DNA of 63,935 nucleotides, the filler included, from Craspedostauros australis (taxonomy: Eukaryota), in assembly GCA_030167865.1 (NCBI GenBank). It is 6 parts of 6 records of this genome, joined end to end, with 100 filler letters (N's around TTAATTAATTAA, not from the genome) between each part and the next. Parts side by side here need not be neighbours in the genome. Positions count along the whole stretch, not along the records: positions 24,979 to 51,809 come from JALAGF010002070.1; positions 51,910 to 58,625 come from JALAGF010002074.1; positions 58,726 to 60,980 come from JALAGF010002075.1; 3 more parts are not named here. The stretch is one strand, 5' to 3'. A program made the translations under genes and the position numbers. Positions 51,201 through 61,080 of this stretch are shown one piece after another. How positions within the stretch are numbered: the stretch's first letter is position 1; the number at the start of each line of letters is the position of its first letter. The notes beneath the pieces are model-generated. The model did no database searches. It was not told the DNA's origin and saw nothing but the letters and a program-made list of their open reading frames with translations.

Positions 51201-51809
51201 TTAGGCGGCCTTACCCGCGAGGGTGCGCTGCTTCGGTCTTGTTGGGGATTTGGCGGAGGGCACTGGTGCTGGTGAAGCAGCATCGATTCCTGCTCCTCCC
51301 ATCTTGGCGATCTTGAGAATGGATCTCACGCCTTGGCTGGATCTTCCCAACGACTGGAAGATCTGCTTGGTTGGCGCGACGATGCTCTTGCTGTTGCTGC
51401 TCTTCATGGTGATGGTGAAGTCACTGCTACCACTCTTGTCGCTGTTTTCTGTGTTGTCTGTATTGTTTGGAGCACCGTAGACGATCTGCTCGTCCATGCG
51501 TCCACGGATGTGCGCCTGGGCCAGCGAATGCCTGCAAGCCTGGGAGTACAGAGCTGCAATGAATTCTGGATCGCTCTCTCCATCCTCCTGCTGCACTTCC
51601 TGCTCGCCCATGACGGCATCCCACGCCATGCGCTTGCGCTTCGTCTTGCGTGCGGATCCCTCCCTTGTGCGGGCCTCCAGACCGCGTGGGACGGTGGCAA
51701 GGGTGCCATGGTGCAGAGCGTGCAGCTGGTTCTTGACGTCCTGGCGCATCGTCTTGCTCTCATCGTCGCTGTACCAGCATGAGAAGTACTCATCGTCTGT
51801 GAATTCCTG
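51201..51809 (-). CDS. Uncharacterised RVxF/RGLE-family protein, paralogue 5 (5' end lost at the contig edge)
   Basis: The frame is open to the gap: QEFTDDEYFSCWYSDDESKTMRQDV...PRGLEART...AVMGEQ...DPEFIAALY...RGRMDEQIV. Confidence 0.85.
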   Translation of the reverse strand, partial: QEFTDDEYFSCWYSDDESKTMRQDVKNQLHALHHGTLATVPRGLEARTREGSARKTKRKRMAWDAVMGEQEVQQEDGESDPEFIAALYSQACRHSLAQAHIRGRMDEQIVYGAPNNTDNTENSDKSGSSDFTITMKSSNSKSIVAPTKQIFQSLGRSSQGVRSILKIAKMGGAGIDAASPAPVPSAKSPTRPKQRTLAGKAA

Positions 51810-51909
51810 NNNNNNNNNNNNNNNNNNNNNNNNNNNNNNNNNNNNNNNNNNNNTTAATTAATTAANNNNNNNNNNNNNNNNNNNNNNNNNNNNNNNNNNN
51901 NNNNNNNNN
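51810..51909. other. Artificial contig linker (44 N + TTAATTAATTAA + 44 N)
   Basis: Same 100-bp structure as at 24879. Confidence 0.97.
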
Positions 51910-52402
51910 TTCCAACCCAATCGTCTACATCTTCCTCCAGTTCTGTCTGTTGTTGGAAGCCACCGGTATCTGCTCTGGAGCCTGGGTCCTTGCCTCCATT
52001 CACAAGGCCGTCTCTGGCTTCCAGCTCGATGAGGTGTACATCGGTACCCCAGAGGAGCGCGCCGCCGGCATGAAGCCAGATCACCAGAGCAACCGCAACA
52101 TGCACTTGGGAACCAACGTGCTTGTCGGTGAGGCTGGTTCCACCGCCGTCCCACGCGAGTACCTCGAGCTCCAGAAGGCTTTGGCCGCACAGAACGAGTC
52201 GTACTCCGTCCGTCGCGAGCGCGTCCTGTCCAACATCAAGAGTCTGCGTGAGGAGATCAACGCCTGCAGCAACGAGGAGGATGCCGCCGTCTTCGAGTCT
52301 GCCCTTCGCATGGAGACTGCCGCCATGAACAAGCTGAACCAGGACGAGGAGAACCAGAGCTCCGAGGCTGATGCCGATGAGGAGATGGGCGTGCAGAAGT
52401 AA
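51910..52402 (+). CDS. SIT: Diatom silicon transporter (silicic acid transporter), 3' fragment with C-terminal coiled coil
   Basis: From 51911 the frame reads SNPIVYIFLQFCLLLEATGICSGAWVLASIHKAVSGFQLDEVYIGTPEER, matching the last TM region of SITs (SNP..Y.FL..CL.LEATGICSGAWVLA.IHK...GFQ.DEVYIGT.EER). A heptad-like helix follows, and codon bias is strong. Confidence 0.92.
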
Positions 52403-52976
52403 GCACCATGTGTCATACATCATGGCACCGCCTCCCACTCCGAAATACACACTACTATATTTACGTAACATTGTACCTAAGAACACGAATGATAATATCA
52501 TATAATACAATACTCCACAACGCGTTGGCTCCCTCGATCAATGCCCACATACTGTTGTGATGGAGGATCGAGCAAGAGAAGACTGGGTATGGTTGAATGC
52601 ATGCAACAACGATACGAGAAATGGTGGAAGCTCTTCAGAATTCTCCGCGCAAGACAACACGACACATACCAGTTGATGGAGGCAACAAATGTATTGACTC
52701 CCTCACAATGCAGAAGATGAAGATGGCAGCCATGGCATGATGATGATGACAACGATGTATCTCTAGACTTTGTTCTTACAGAGCGAAACAAACACATTCG
52801 CATGAGTACCTGATTTTCTGTACCTGTGTACCTTCAACGTTCTTGTGCGCACCTCTTCTGCTCGACTTGGCGCCAACATCGGTGGAGGCATAACAGCTCA
52901 CAGGTTGCATTGGGTTCCGTTTTTTATCTCTTCATGTACGTAGATCTCTGAGTCCCTGCATCCATCATCAAAGATG

Positions 52977-53816
52977 TCAGTGCTTTCCCTTCTTGCTTCT
53001 CGTGCAAGACAGTGGCGAATTCTTGATCGCAACATAGTCGATGAAAGATTCGTGTCCATCTTGGAATGTGGCATTGCGTTCGTCAATCCAAACCTCTTTG
53101 GCCTTCGGTAGAAGGTTGTTATAAAGTGCGAAGAGTTTGGGACAATCTTCCTTCATCAGCTCTTCAGGGTCAAAGCATTCCAATTGAAAGATTGCTTCCA
53201 ACACGGAAAAGATGGCAACATCGGCATAGGTCAATTGATTGTCGCAAAAGTGGAGGTCGCCGTCACAAATCTCGCCTTCAAGCTTGTCCAGCAGTGCTGT
53301 GAATGCTGTACGCGCCTCGTCCATCTTCTTATGCACTCCCGTGAAGTAATTGACAAAAAACAGAATTCCAAACAAATCCTTGTCGAGGATGTTCTTGTAG
53401 ATCATGGGAAACATCACCTTGTAGAACACCTTGTCGAGCACTTCCTGAGACAGGAGCGCAAGCTGCTTTGCCTTTCCCTTGCTGCTTTCGTTCGTAGGAG
53501 ACAAGTCGAATTTCTCCGCGAGGAATTCCATGATGTCCGCTGTCTCAACCTTGTGTTGGCCGTCCGGTGCGGTGACAGCGGGGCATTTGTCCGTGCCCAG
53601 CAACGGGGAATCATCTCCCATGGCAGCCTTCTTGTAGGGTTCCAAACCATCCGGGAACTTGAGGCGCACATCATCGAAGGGTTGCTTTGCCAAGTGGAAC
53701 AGCAACCGGATCTGTTCACCCCGGTTGGGCGCATCGAAGTAGATCAATCGCCAATGGCCGGGAATGTGCGCCGTTGCCACGGTGGCGGCGGATGCCGTGC
53801 TCGCTTCGGTTGCCAT
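52977..53816 (-). CDS. Glutathione S-transferase, sigma-like (Tyr-type)
   Basis: WRLIYFDAPNRGEQIRLLF...FDDVR; cis-Pro region KCPAV; ETADIMEFLAEKFDL; C-terminal LTYADVAIF...CPKLFALY. Confidence 0.88.
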   Translation of the reverse strand: MATEASTASAATVATAHIPGHWRLIYFDAPNRGEQIRLLFHLAKQPFDDVRLKFPDGLEPYKKAAMGDDSPLLGTDKCPAVTAPDGQHKVETADIMEFLAEKFDLSPTNESSKGKAKQLALLSQEVLDKVFYKVMFPMIYKNILDKDLFGILFFVNYFTGVHKKMDEARTAFTALLDKLEGEICDGDLHFCDNQLTYADVAIFSVLEAIFQLECFDPEELMKEDCPKLFALYNNLLPKAKEVWIDERNATFQDGHESFIDYVAIKNSPLSCTRSKKGKH

Positions 53817-54975
53817 GTCTGCCGTGTTGCTGTCCTTGATTCTGCGCTTCAGAACGAGTATTCCGATGAATTACAATGGTGCGTTTGCTGAGTGCTGTGT
53901 TTCCTCTGTCACGTTCAATTTTGTGTGTCGATCAATAATCCACGAGCATTAGAGTATGTAAGTTTGATGATTGCAAAGCAGCACATCGGATTGCGGGCAT
54001 TCATTTTCGCAGCACCACCAATGTGGCGATGGCAGATGTGTTTGGGCGAGGAGGATTTGGTCATTGTTCGTTGTGTTCGCTTGTGACCCCCTGACCGGCC
54101 AGAGTTGGGTGTGAATCGGCCCCCTTGATGTGTCATCGGCAGTCTGGAATCTTGGTGAGAGATTCCGGCTTGGTTGCCGGTCACAAAAGAAGATGTGGCC
54201 TCACGATGGATTCGTCACATGCAATTTTCATTTCCCAAGGAGGAGGTAATCTTCCGCGCATCATCTCATCGCAACAACACCATGACCGTTCATGATGAAT
54301 TCGATCGGATCTCGTCGCCATTGTCGCCATCTTCGTTGCCAACATTATGCCCTTTCTGTGATGTGTTACTTTGACGCTGGTGCTGATGGTTTCGTTTGTT
54401 CGTTGTTGGGGTCACAACACAAATCTGCCGTTTTCACGTTCAACGCACAAAAACACAGGTTAACGTCAGTTAACGTTCGGGAACACCACGTTCAGCGATA
54501 CTTTAGGTGGGATTTACGAATCATATAACGGTGCCACGCCAGTCGGCTACAACGGTAATATCACGCCAACACAATTTGAGGCGCAACAACGAACAGAACA
54601 AATGCACGTCAACATCACCTCTGCAATTGGTGCGTACGTTTGTTGGGAACAACTGGCGATCTCAGTCCTTCATCAACGGCAGAAGCGTGAAGTGTGTGAA
54701 AGCATGGATGGCATGAATGCACGGACGGTTGTCAGCTCGCGGTGACTGCAATCATCGTGTGTGCGGTGACGTCGTTCGGCCACCATCGCGATCATCTTTC
54801 ATTTGAGCAAACCCGCTGCATCCCACAACACACATCGCAGGACCGAATCACGACATTCATCGAATCCCTCGCTGTTCTCTGACATACACAAGAGACGAAG
54901 AACCAACTGTCCATCAACGCTGTTTCGACGAGCACATCACACGCATCACGACGTAATCAAGCCAACTCAACCACC

Positions 54976-57609
54976 ATGAAGATCCGCGTCAATTCGAGTG
55001 TCCTCAGCTCCATCGTGTTGGCGCAGGTCGCCACCGATGTGTCATCGAGGAGAGACGGCATGGCTCCTTTGCGCGTGCGCACGCGTAATGGAATCATCAT
55101 CACCAAGGACCACGAAAGCAACTTCGGGACAGTCGATGAAGATGATCGCCCACGCCGTCATCTGCTGCGGCAAACAGAGAATACACGCATCGCGGATGTG
55201 ACACAGCAGACGCGCAAGGCTCAGGAAGACCCGTCGAAGTCAATGAAGATTGGCAAAACCAAAGCGCCGAAGTCCACCAAGACGAAGACTCCAAAGTCAG
55301 CCAAAACCAAGTCACCAAAATCCGACAAAAGCTCCGCAACCGAGAGCCCGACGACCGCTCCGACCGTAGCTTCTACTGATTCCCCAGATACTGGGAATAC
55401 AACGATCCCAAGCATGAATCGCACTTTCTTCATCGACCACAATCTGACAGTGACAATCCCAGACTCGACTCCCGTTCCCACCATGCCAGTGACGAATTCT
55501 CCATCACAAAACCCGACTGGCGAACCGACCAATCTACCAACAGGATCTCCAACTGCGCCACCAACAGTGGCACCGACGGTAGAACCAACGTTGTCTCAAG
55601 AACAGAGTCGAATTACCCCTCAACAAACTGCGGAGCCTACGACGGTGCCGACATCGAAGCCAACTGGCCAACCAACTGTTGGACCAACCGTGCTGCCGAC
55701 ATCTGGACCAACATCGAAGCCGACACGCACGCACACCATAAACCCAACCACAGCGCCGACTGCGGTCCCCACAGCTCCGCCAACACCAACGCCTACATCC
55801 GAGCCCACGCAGCCACTGACATCGGCGCCGACTGATTCGACCTTTGCACCAACACCAGGACCGACATCCGCACCAACGGATCTGCCGACATCGTCACCGA
55901 CATCCATGACTAGTTTCATGCCATCTGCGTCGACATCTATGCCAACATCAGGACCGACACCCGCACAAACAGCTTCACCGACATCTGGACCGACACTCGC
56001 ACCAACATCTGGACCAACATCCGGACCAACATCCGGGCCAACTTCGGAACCAACAAACGGACCAACTTCTGGACCAACTTCTGGACCAACAAACGGACCA
56101 ACTTCTGGACCAACATCCGGGCCAACTTCGGAACCAACAAACGGACCAACTTCTGGACCAACCTTCGGACCAACCAGCGGACCAACCAGCGGACCAACCA
56201 GCGGACCAACCAGCGGACCAACCAGCGAACCAACTAGCAGACCAACATCCGGACCAACCTCCGAACCAACTTTCGGACCAACCAGCGGGCCAACTGCTGG
56301 GCCAACATCAGGACCGACCTCTGGACCGTCATCAGTACCAACCAGCGGCCCAACGTCTGGACCGACCTCTGAACCGTCATCATTACCAACCAGCGGCCCA
56401 ACGTCTCGACCAACATCAGGACCAACCTCTGGACCAACGTTGTCACCAACATCTTTGCCAACATCAGTCCCAACGTCAGCACCAACAACAGAACCGACAG
56501 CAGAACCGACATTGGCGCCGTCTCAGTTCGTGCCTTTGCCAAGCGTATCACCAGAGCTACAGCCAACAAGCGTACCAACCACCATCCCCACCACCGATCC
56601 GTCTGACGCTCCGACTGTATCCCCGACAACAGATGCGGAACGAGAAGCATTCTTGACCGCTTTGGATGCAAAACCTTGTGATTCGAACTGCGCCCAGCTC
56701 AAGGCTGCGATCTCTTCCAGAGAAGATCTTGCGAATGTCTTTGCGAAACAGGGCAGTGTCCAAGCTGGTTTGAGTATGTTCTATGCCGTCAAACAGAGGG
56801 CCAACCGCTTGCAGCAGTTCGTGGACGCTGCAGCCGACACAGGCAAGCTGCTGTTCACTGGGACGAAGGAAGAGGTGTTTGAAGCATGCAAGGACAAGCC
56901 TTGCTGTCCAGAACCTGGCACATGCACGTGGGTGGGCGTCGCAACCGTCGCCGAGGACAGTTGCACCGGGCTTCGAGCCTGCGACAACCTGGCGGCTGGA
57001 GATGTTGTCTTCGCCGGCAGCTGCACGGGCACACTGGGCTGCAAGGGTGTAAACTACAATTCTGCGGCCGGATCCGGCGAGTCCTTTGCTTCCATCGGAC
57101 CAAACGCCTGCACAGGTTCACGGTCCTGTTTCTACACAGGAACAACGGCGGATGGCTTCGTCCTAATCAGCGAAGGTGCATGCGACAGCCTTGGCTCCTG
57201 CTACTCGATAGGGGCTGGGTACGCGTACTACTATGTGACAAACGACCCGAAACGGATTTCGAATGTCGAGATTGGCAAGGATTCTTGCATCGGCGACCTC
57301 GCATGTTCCAGATTCCATTCGTACTACGGAAAGTACGTGGGTCCTGACGCATACGTCTACTACAACATCTTTGCTGGAGATGTCACCATTGGTGAAGAGA
57401 GCTGCGTGGGAGAGAACAGTTGCCGTCTGTTCGCATACTCAAAGAACTTCGAATCGGATGTAATCCTTGGAAACAGAGTTTGCAACACGGAGGGGGAATG
57501 CAACAGATGCCATGCTGGCATTGGTCCAGGTCTGTGCCCCAAGGGAGAAACCCTCACCGTGGGAAACAACGGAACGTGCCCGACGGTGGTGGACCCGTGC
57601 ATCCCGTAG
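54976..57609 (+). CDS. Secreted mucin-like PT/PTSG-repeat protein with N-terminal Lys-rich KxxK cluster and C-terminal Cys-rich repeats
   Basis: 877-aa ORF with signal-like N-terminus, RHL (RXL) site, TKxPKSxK repeats, a long P/T/S/G stalk and repeated (S/A)C-x-G-x-x-(A/S/G)C units. Confidence 0.9.
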   Translation: MKIRVNSSVLSSIVLAQVATDVSSRRDGMAPLRVRTRNGIIITKDHESNFGTVDEDDRPRRHLLRQTENTRIADVTQQTRKAQEDPSKSMKIGKTKAPKSTKTKTPKSAKTKSPKSDKSSATESPTTAPTVASTDSPDTGNTTIPSMNRTFFIDHNLTVTIPDSTPVPTMPVTNSPSQNPTGEPTNLPTGSPTAPPTVAPTVEPTLSQEQSRITPQQTAEPTTVPTSKPTGQPTVGPTVLPTSGPTSKPTRTHTINPTTAPTAVPTAPPTPTPTSEPTQPLTSAPTDSTFAPTPGPTSAPTDLPTSSPTSMTSFMPSASTSMPTSGPTPAQTASPTSGPTLAPTSGPTSGPTSGPTSEPTNGPTSGPTSGPTNGPTSGPTSGPTSEPTNGPTSGPTFGPTSGPTSGPTSGPTSGPTSEPTSRPTSGPTSEPTFGPTSGPTAGPTSGPTSGPSSVPTSGPTSGPTSEPSSLPTSGPTSRPTSGPTSGPTLSPTSLPTSVPTSAPTTEPTAEPTLAPSQFVPLPSVSPELQPTSVPTTIPTTDPSDAPTVSPTTDAEREAFLTALDAKPCDSNCAQLKAAISSREDLANVFAKQGSVQAGLSMFYAVKQRANRLQQFVDAAADTGKLLFTGTKEEVFEACKDKPCCPEPGTCTWVGVATVAEDSCTGLRACDNLAAGDVVFAGSCTGTLGCKGVNYNSAAGSGESFASIGPNACTGSRSCFYTGTTADGFVLISEGACDSLGSCYSIGAGYAYYYVTNDPKRISNVEIGKDSCIGDLACSRFHSYYGKYVGPDAYVYYNIFAGDVTIGEESCVGENSCRLFAYSKNFESDVILGNRVCNTEGECNRCHAGIGPGLCPKGETLTVGNNGTCPTVVDPCIP
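55950..56440 (+). repeat. Coding 12-bp minisatellite encoding PTSG tetrapeptide repeats
   Basis: Tandem ccaacatctgga/ccaaccagcgga units directly visible. Confidence 0.9.
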
Positions 57610-58260
57610 AGTCGACACATCCGGCAGCCATTTTCATTTTCATGAGAACTTGCGTTCGTGCTGCGGTGCGCCAAAGTCAGGGCGGAACAGTGTCGAAGGA
57701 GACAGCAGATCATCGTCGTCGAGACAGCACAAGGGATGGCAGATCAGCAAACCAACGCATGTTCCCAGTTTCTCCAGTCCGTGCGGCCCTTCGGGGTGCT
57801 ACAGTGTAATCTTATATGTACGTGGAGGTAGAATCATAAGCGTAAGCAAAGTTAGAGGTGCAAGTCTTGAAAGACGAACGTTGACCACAAGTCAAGTTCG
57901 AGATGAGGTTGGAACGAGGGCATTTCCCCAGCCCGATAGACCGATCAATGTGCGCGAACAATTTGGAAGCTGTCGTCTCCACTCGTTGGTGACTCCGGCT
58001 TGCCGGTTTTTATCCCAAGATCAGGGACACCCGGCAAAAAGGGTCGAATTAGTCGATATTGGAGATGACTGGCCCAGCCAATTAAAACTTGTTGTTGTGG
58101 CGATGACAAATGTTCCCGCGAAAAGAATGCTCTCGACTCATATTGTTGTTCTCAGGAACTCTTCGTGAGTCATAGCTTCGAGTTTCACTGTTGGGAGAAT
58201 CATGGAGAAACTCCGACAATGACCCTGAAGCACAGCCTCGTGATTTAATCCCGAGAAGTC

Positions 58261-58484
58261 NNNNNNNNNNNNNNNNNNNNNNNNNNNNNNNNNNNNNNNN
58301 NNNNNNNNNNNNNNNNNNNNNNNNNNNNNNNNNNNNNNNNNNNNNNNNNNNNNNNNNNNNNNNNNNNNNNNNNNNNNNNNNNNNNNNNNNNNNNNNNNNN
58401 NNNNNNNNNNNNNNNNNNNNNNNNNNNNNNNNNNNNNNNNNNNNNNNNNNNNNNNNNNNNNNNNNNNNNNNNNNNNNNNNNNNN
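58261..58484. other. Assembly gap (224 N, no linker)
   Basis: Run of N. Confidence 0.97.
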
Positions 58485-58625
58485 AAATAGCCGTCATTAG
58501 ATTTTAATAGCCGTCATTCGACTTATTTAGTTAGTCATCTGTTGCCTTCACGGGATACGTCTCCACCACTATTTTAGTAATTAGATCACTCCCTCACACC
58601 CCACAAAACGCAACAGCCGGCCATC

Positions 58626-58725
58626 NNNNNNNNNNNNNNNNNNNNNNNNNNNNNNNNNNNNNNNNNNNNTTAATTAATTAANNNNNNNNNNNNNNNNNNN
58701 NNNNNNNNNNNNNNNNNNNNNNNNN
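58626..58725. other. Artificial contig linker (44 N + TTAATTAATTAA + 44 N)
   Basis: Same 100-bp structure. Confidence 0.97.
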
Positions 58726-59045
58726 GATATATTGGTTGTCGCGCTCATTCGATTCACTCAGGGCTGGTGTGTTGCCATCGTCATAGATCTCTCGGTTCCC
58801 GACCGTTATTGGGACATGGCCGAGTAGGCCACTGGATGAGGGTGCTTGGATGTCGCATAAGACAGGTAAGGCCATTGGGCTGTCCGAGTGCAACTGGTCG
58901 ATTACTGGGTTGCGGTTTGTCTGGGAGATGCTATTGGGGGTTGCGGCAATCATAGGTATCTTTGCACTTAATACCATTCCGGTTCCAGTCAGTCCTCATG
59001 GGAGCTGCGGTAGAATAGGGTATCTTTGCAAAGTCGTACCCCCGA

Positions 59046-60980
59046 TTCCTGACAACCAAGCAGTATGTGATCTATTTCAAATCACAGAAGAGAGCTGAGA
59101 CAGACATGACCCCCAGGGGCAGTGCTGAGTTTTGAAGCCTCAGTGGCCATGAGGAGGTATCTCAGGGCATACAGCATGCAGAAGTGGAAGCATCCAGGCT
59201 ACCTGTTTGGAATTGCAAACACTGAAACAATCTGCAACAGCCTTGCTAAGCTGTGCTACCATGCAGGCTACCCTCTCAGATACTTCTCTGCACACTCAGC
59301 CCAAACTGGAAAGAAAAATGATGTGATCTGCACCTCCAAGCTCAAGGGGGAGCCAATCTCAGTGGGCCCTGCAAATGCCAGGATCATTGGCGACTACACT
59401 ACCACTTCCAATGCCCTGAGGCTATACTTCAGAAGCCTGTCGGACAGGGCTGATATGTATGTGGGACAGATAGACTCCATGCAGGAGCTTACAGTGGAAC
59501 AACTACACCCAGAGTTGAAGGGAAAGATGGAGCCAATTGTGAGACCATACATGACCAAGAGCTCCTGTGCACTCTTTGATGAGTTGAATAAGGAGGTCAT
59601 CAACATGGTGAACTGGTTGGACCCAGAGAAGCCAACCAGCATCACATTTGAGGGGCTGAAGGGAGAAGGGTTGCCCTGCCATCTGGTTGTGACCATATCC
59701 AGGAGAATGAGGAAGATGGATATTCTTGGGGACGGCATCCTTGCCATTGGAAGAGCAGTGGCTTCACCCAAGGAACGACATTCCAACCAGGGTATTGGCA
59801 GAGGACTCAGGCTCCTGCTTGCAACTGGAGAGCTCACCATCGAGAAGCTCTCCAAGCTTGCAGAAGGTGCCAAATTTGAAGCCAGTCACCACATGCAGAA
59901 CTACTTCCAGTTGCCAAGGCTTCACTACAAGGAGGTCAGGCAACTCTCATCCAGGCCCAAGACAAAGTTTGATGTCTTGGAGTCAACAAATGTGAAGCTC
60001 TTCATCCAGGCAGCCAAGGGCAGGCTCTCAATTCGTGCTGAGGGAATTGCCATGATTGGGGCCACCCAATATGATGCAATCAAACTGTCAGATGCCCAAG
60101 TGATGACGATTGACCAGGCCAAGTGTGATGCTATGGATATTGATGAGGCAGTCTTTTTTGAAGCAGGCCCACATGCCAGGCTGGAGGACCAGACACAGCA
60201 ACCTGTGTATGAGTCTTCTGATGAAGAGGATGTGGAAGAAGAGGATCTTGAGCAAGCCAGAGCCCCTATCTATGAGTCTTCAGATGAGGATGATCATGAG
60301 GAGCCGCTAAGAGTGTGTGAAGGAGGGCCTGGATGGAAGTCTTCAGATGATGAGAAGGAAGAGGAGGAAGAGAATGTTGCCAAAGCAACACTGACAACTT
60401 CTTCAATCTCCAGGTCCAGCAAAGAAGTTCCTCCCTTCACCCTTTCCCCCAACACAGCTCCTACACTTGCCATCACTCCCAAGCCAACCCCTGCAGTCCT
60501 CAGAGAGCTACCTACCTTCACCTTGTCACCCAAGAAAGCTCCTACACTTGCCAGAGCTCCCAAACCTACCCCTTCAGCTCTGGGGACACCACTGGCAGAT
60601 GCTGCTTTTGCCAGAGCATCAAGGGCAGCTCTTGAATCCATTGCAGGACCTCAATGGGATTCATCTGATGATGACATGAAGCAGCCAAGTCAGGGTGTTG
60701 CCAAAGCACCAGAATCCAAGCATGCTCCCCAACAGAAGCAGATCATGAAGTCCAGGTGTGAGAAGGACACCAGCAGTGATGAGATGGAGTCTTCCTCAAG
60801 TGAAGGGGACAACTGCACAGACAAGGAGGAGTGGATTGTGCATATGGAGTCAGCATCCAACTCTGCTGCAACTTGGAATCCTGATTCTGACAATGAGTCC
60901 ACAGGCTGCTCCCCTGATGCAAATCATCAAAGCAAGTCTGTGGTGATTGATATGAGCAATGTGTCTGCACCTTCACATGA
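59046..60980 (+). mobile_element. CpG-depleted element fragment with a degenerate tyrosine-recombinase-like C-terminal catalytic region and a long acidic/Pro-rich tail
   Basis: LAKLCYHAGYPLRYFSAHSAQTG (cf. H-S-x-R-x-G) and ARIIGDYTTTSNALRLYFR (cf. G-x-W...S....Y). The ORF 59122..60980 is open to the contig end, the 5' side is disrupted, and CG dinucleotides are very rare. Confidence 0.5.
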
Positions 60981-61080
60981 NNNNNNNNNNNNNNNNNNNN
61001 NNNNNNNNNNNNNNNNNNNNNNNNTTAATTAATTAANNNNNNNNNNNNNNNNNNNNNNNNNNNNNNNNNNNNNNNNNNNN
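60981..61080. other. Artificial contig linker (44 N + TTAATTAATTAA + 44 N)
   Basis: Same 100-bp structure. Confidence 0.97.

Noticed and set aside
51201..52402. Apparent divergent pairing of RVxF paralogue 5 with SIT
   Set aside because: The two are separated by an artificial linker and both genes are truncated there; true distance and linkage are unknown.
55950..56440. Regular short repeat array resembling CRISPR
   Set aside because: Tandem 12-bp in-frame coding units with no unique spacers, in a eukaryotic gene.
57467..58168. 233-aa ORF overlapping the end of the PTSG gene
   Set aside because: Out-of-frame overlap, TTG start and no recognisable protein features.
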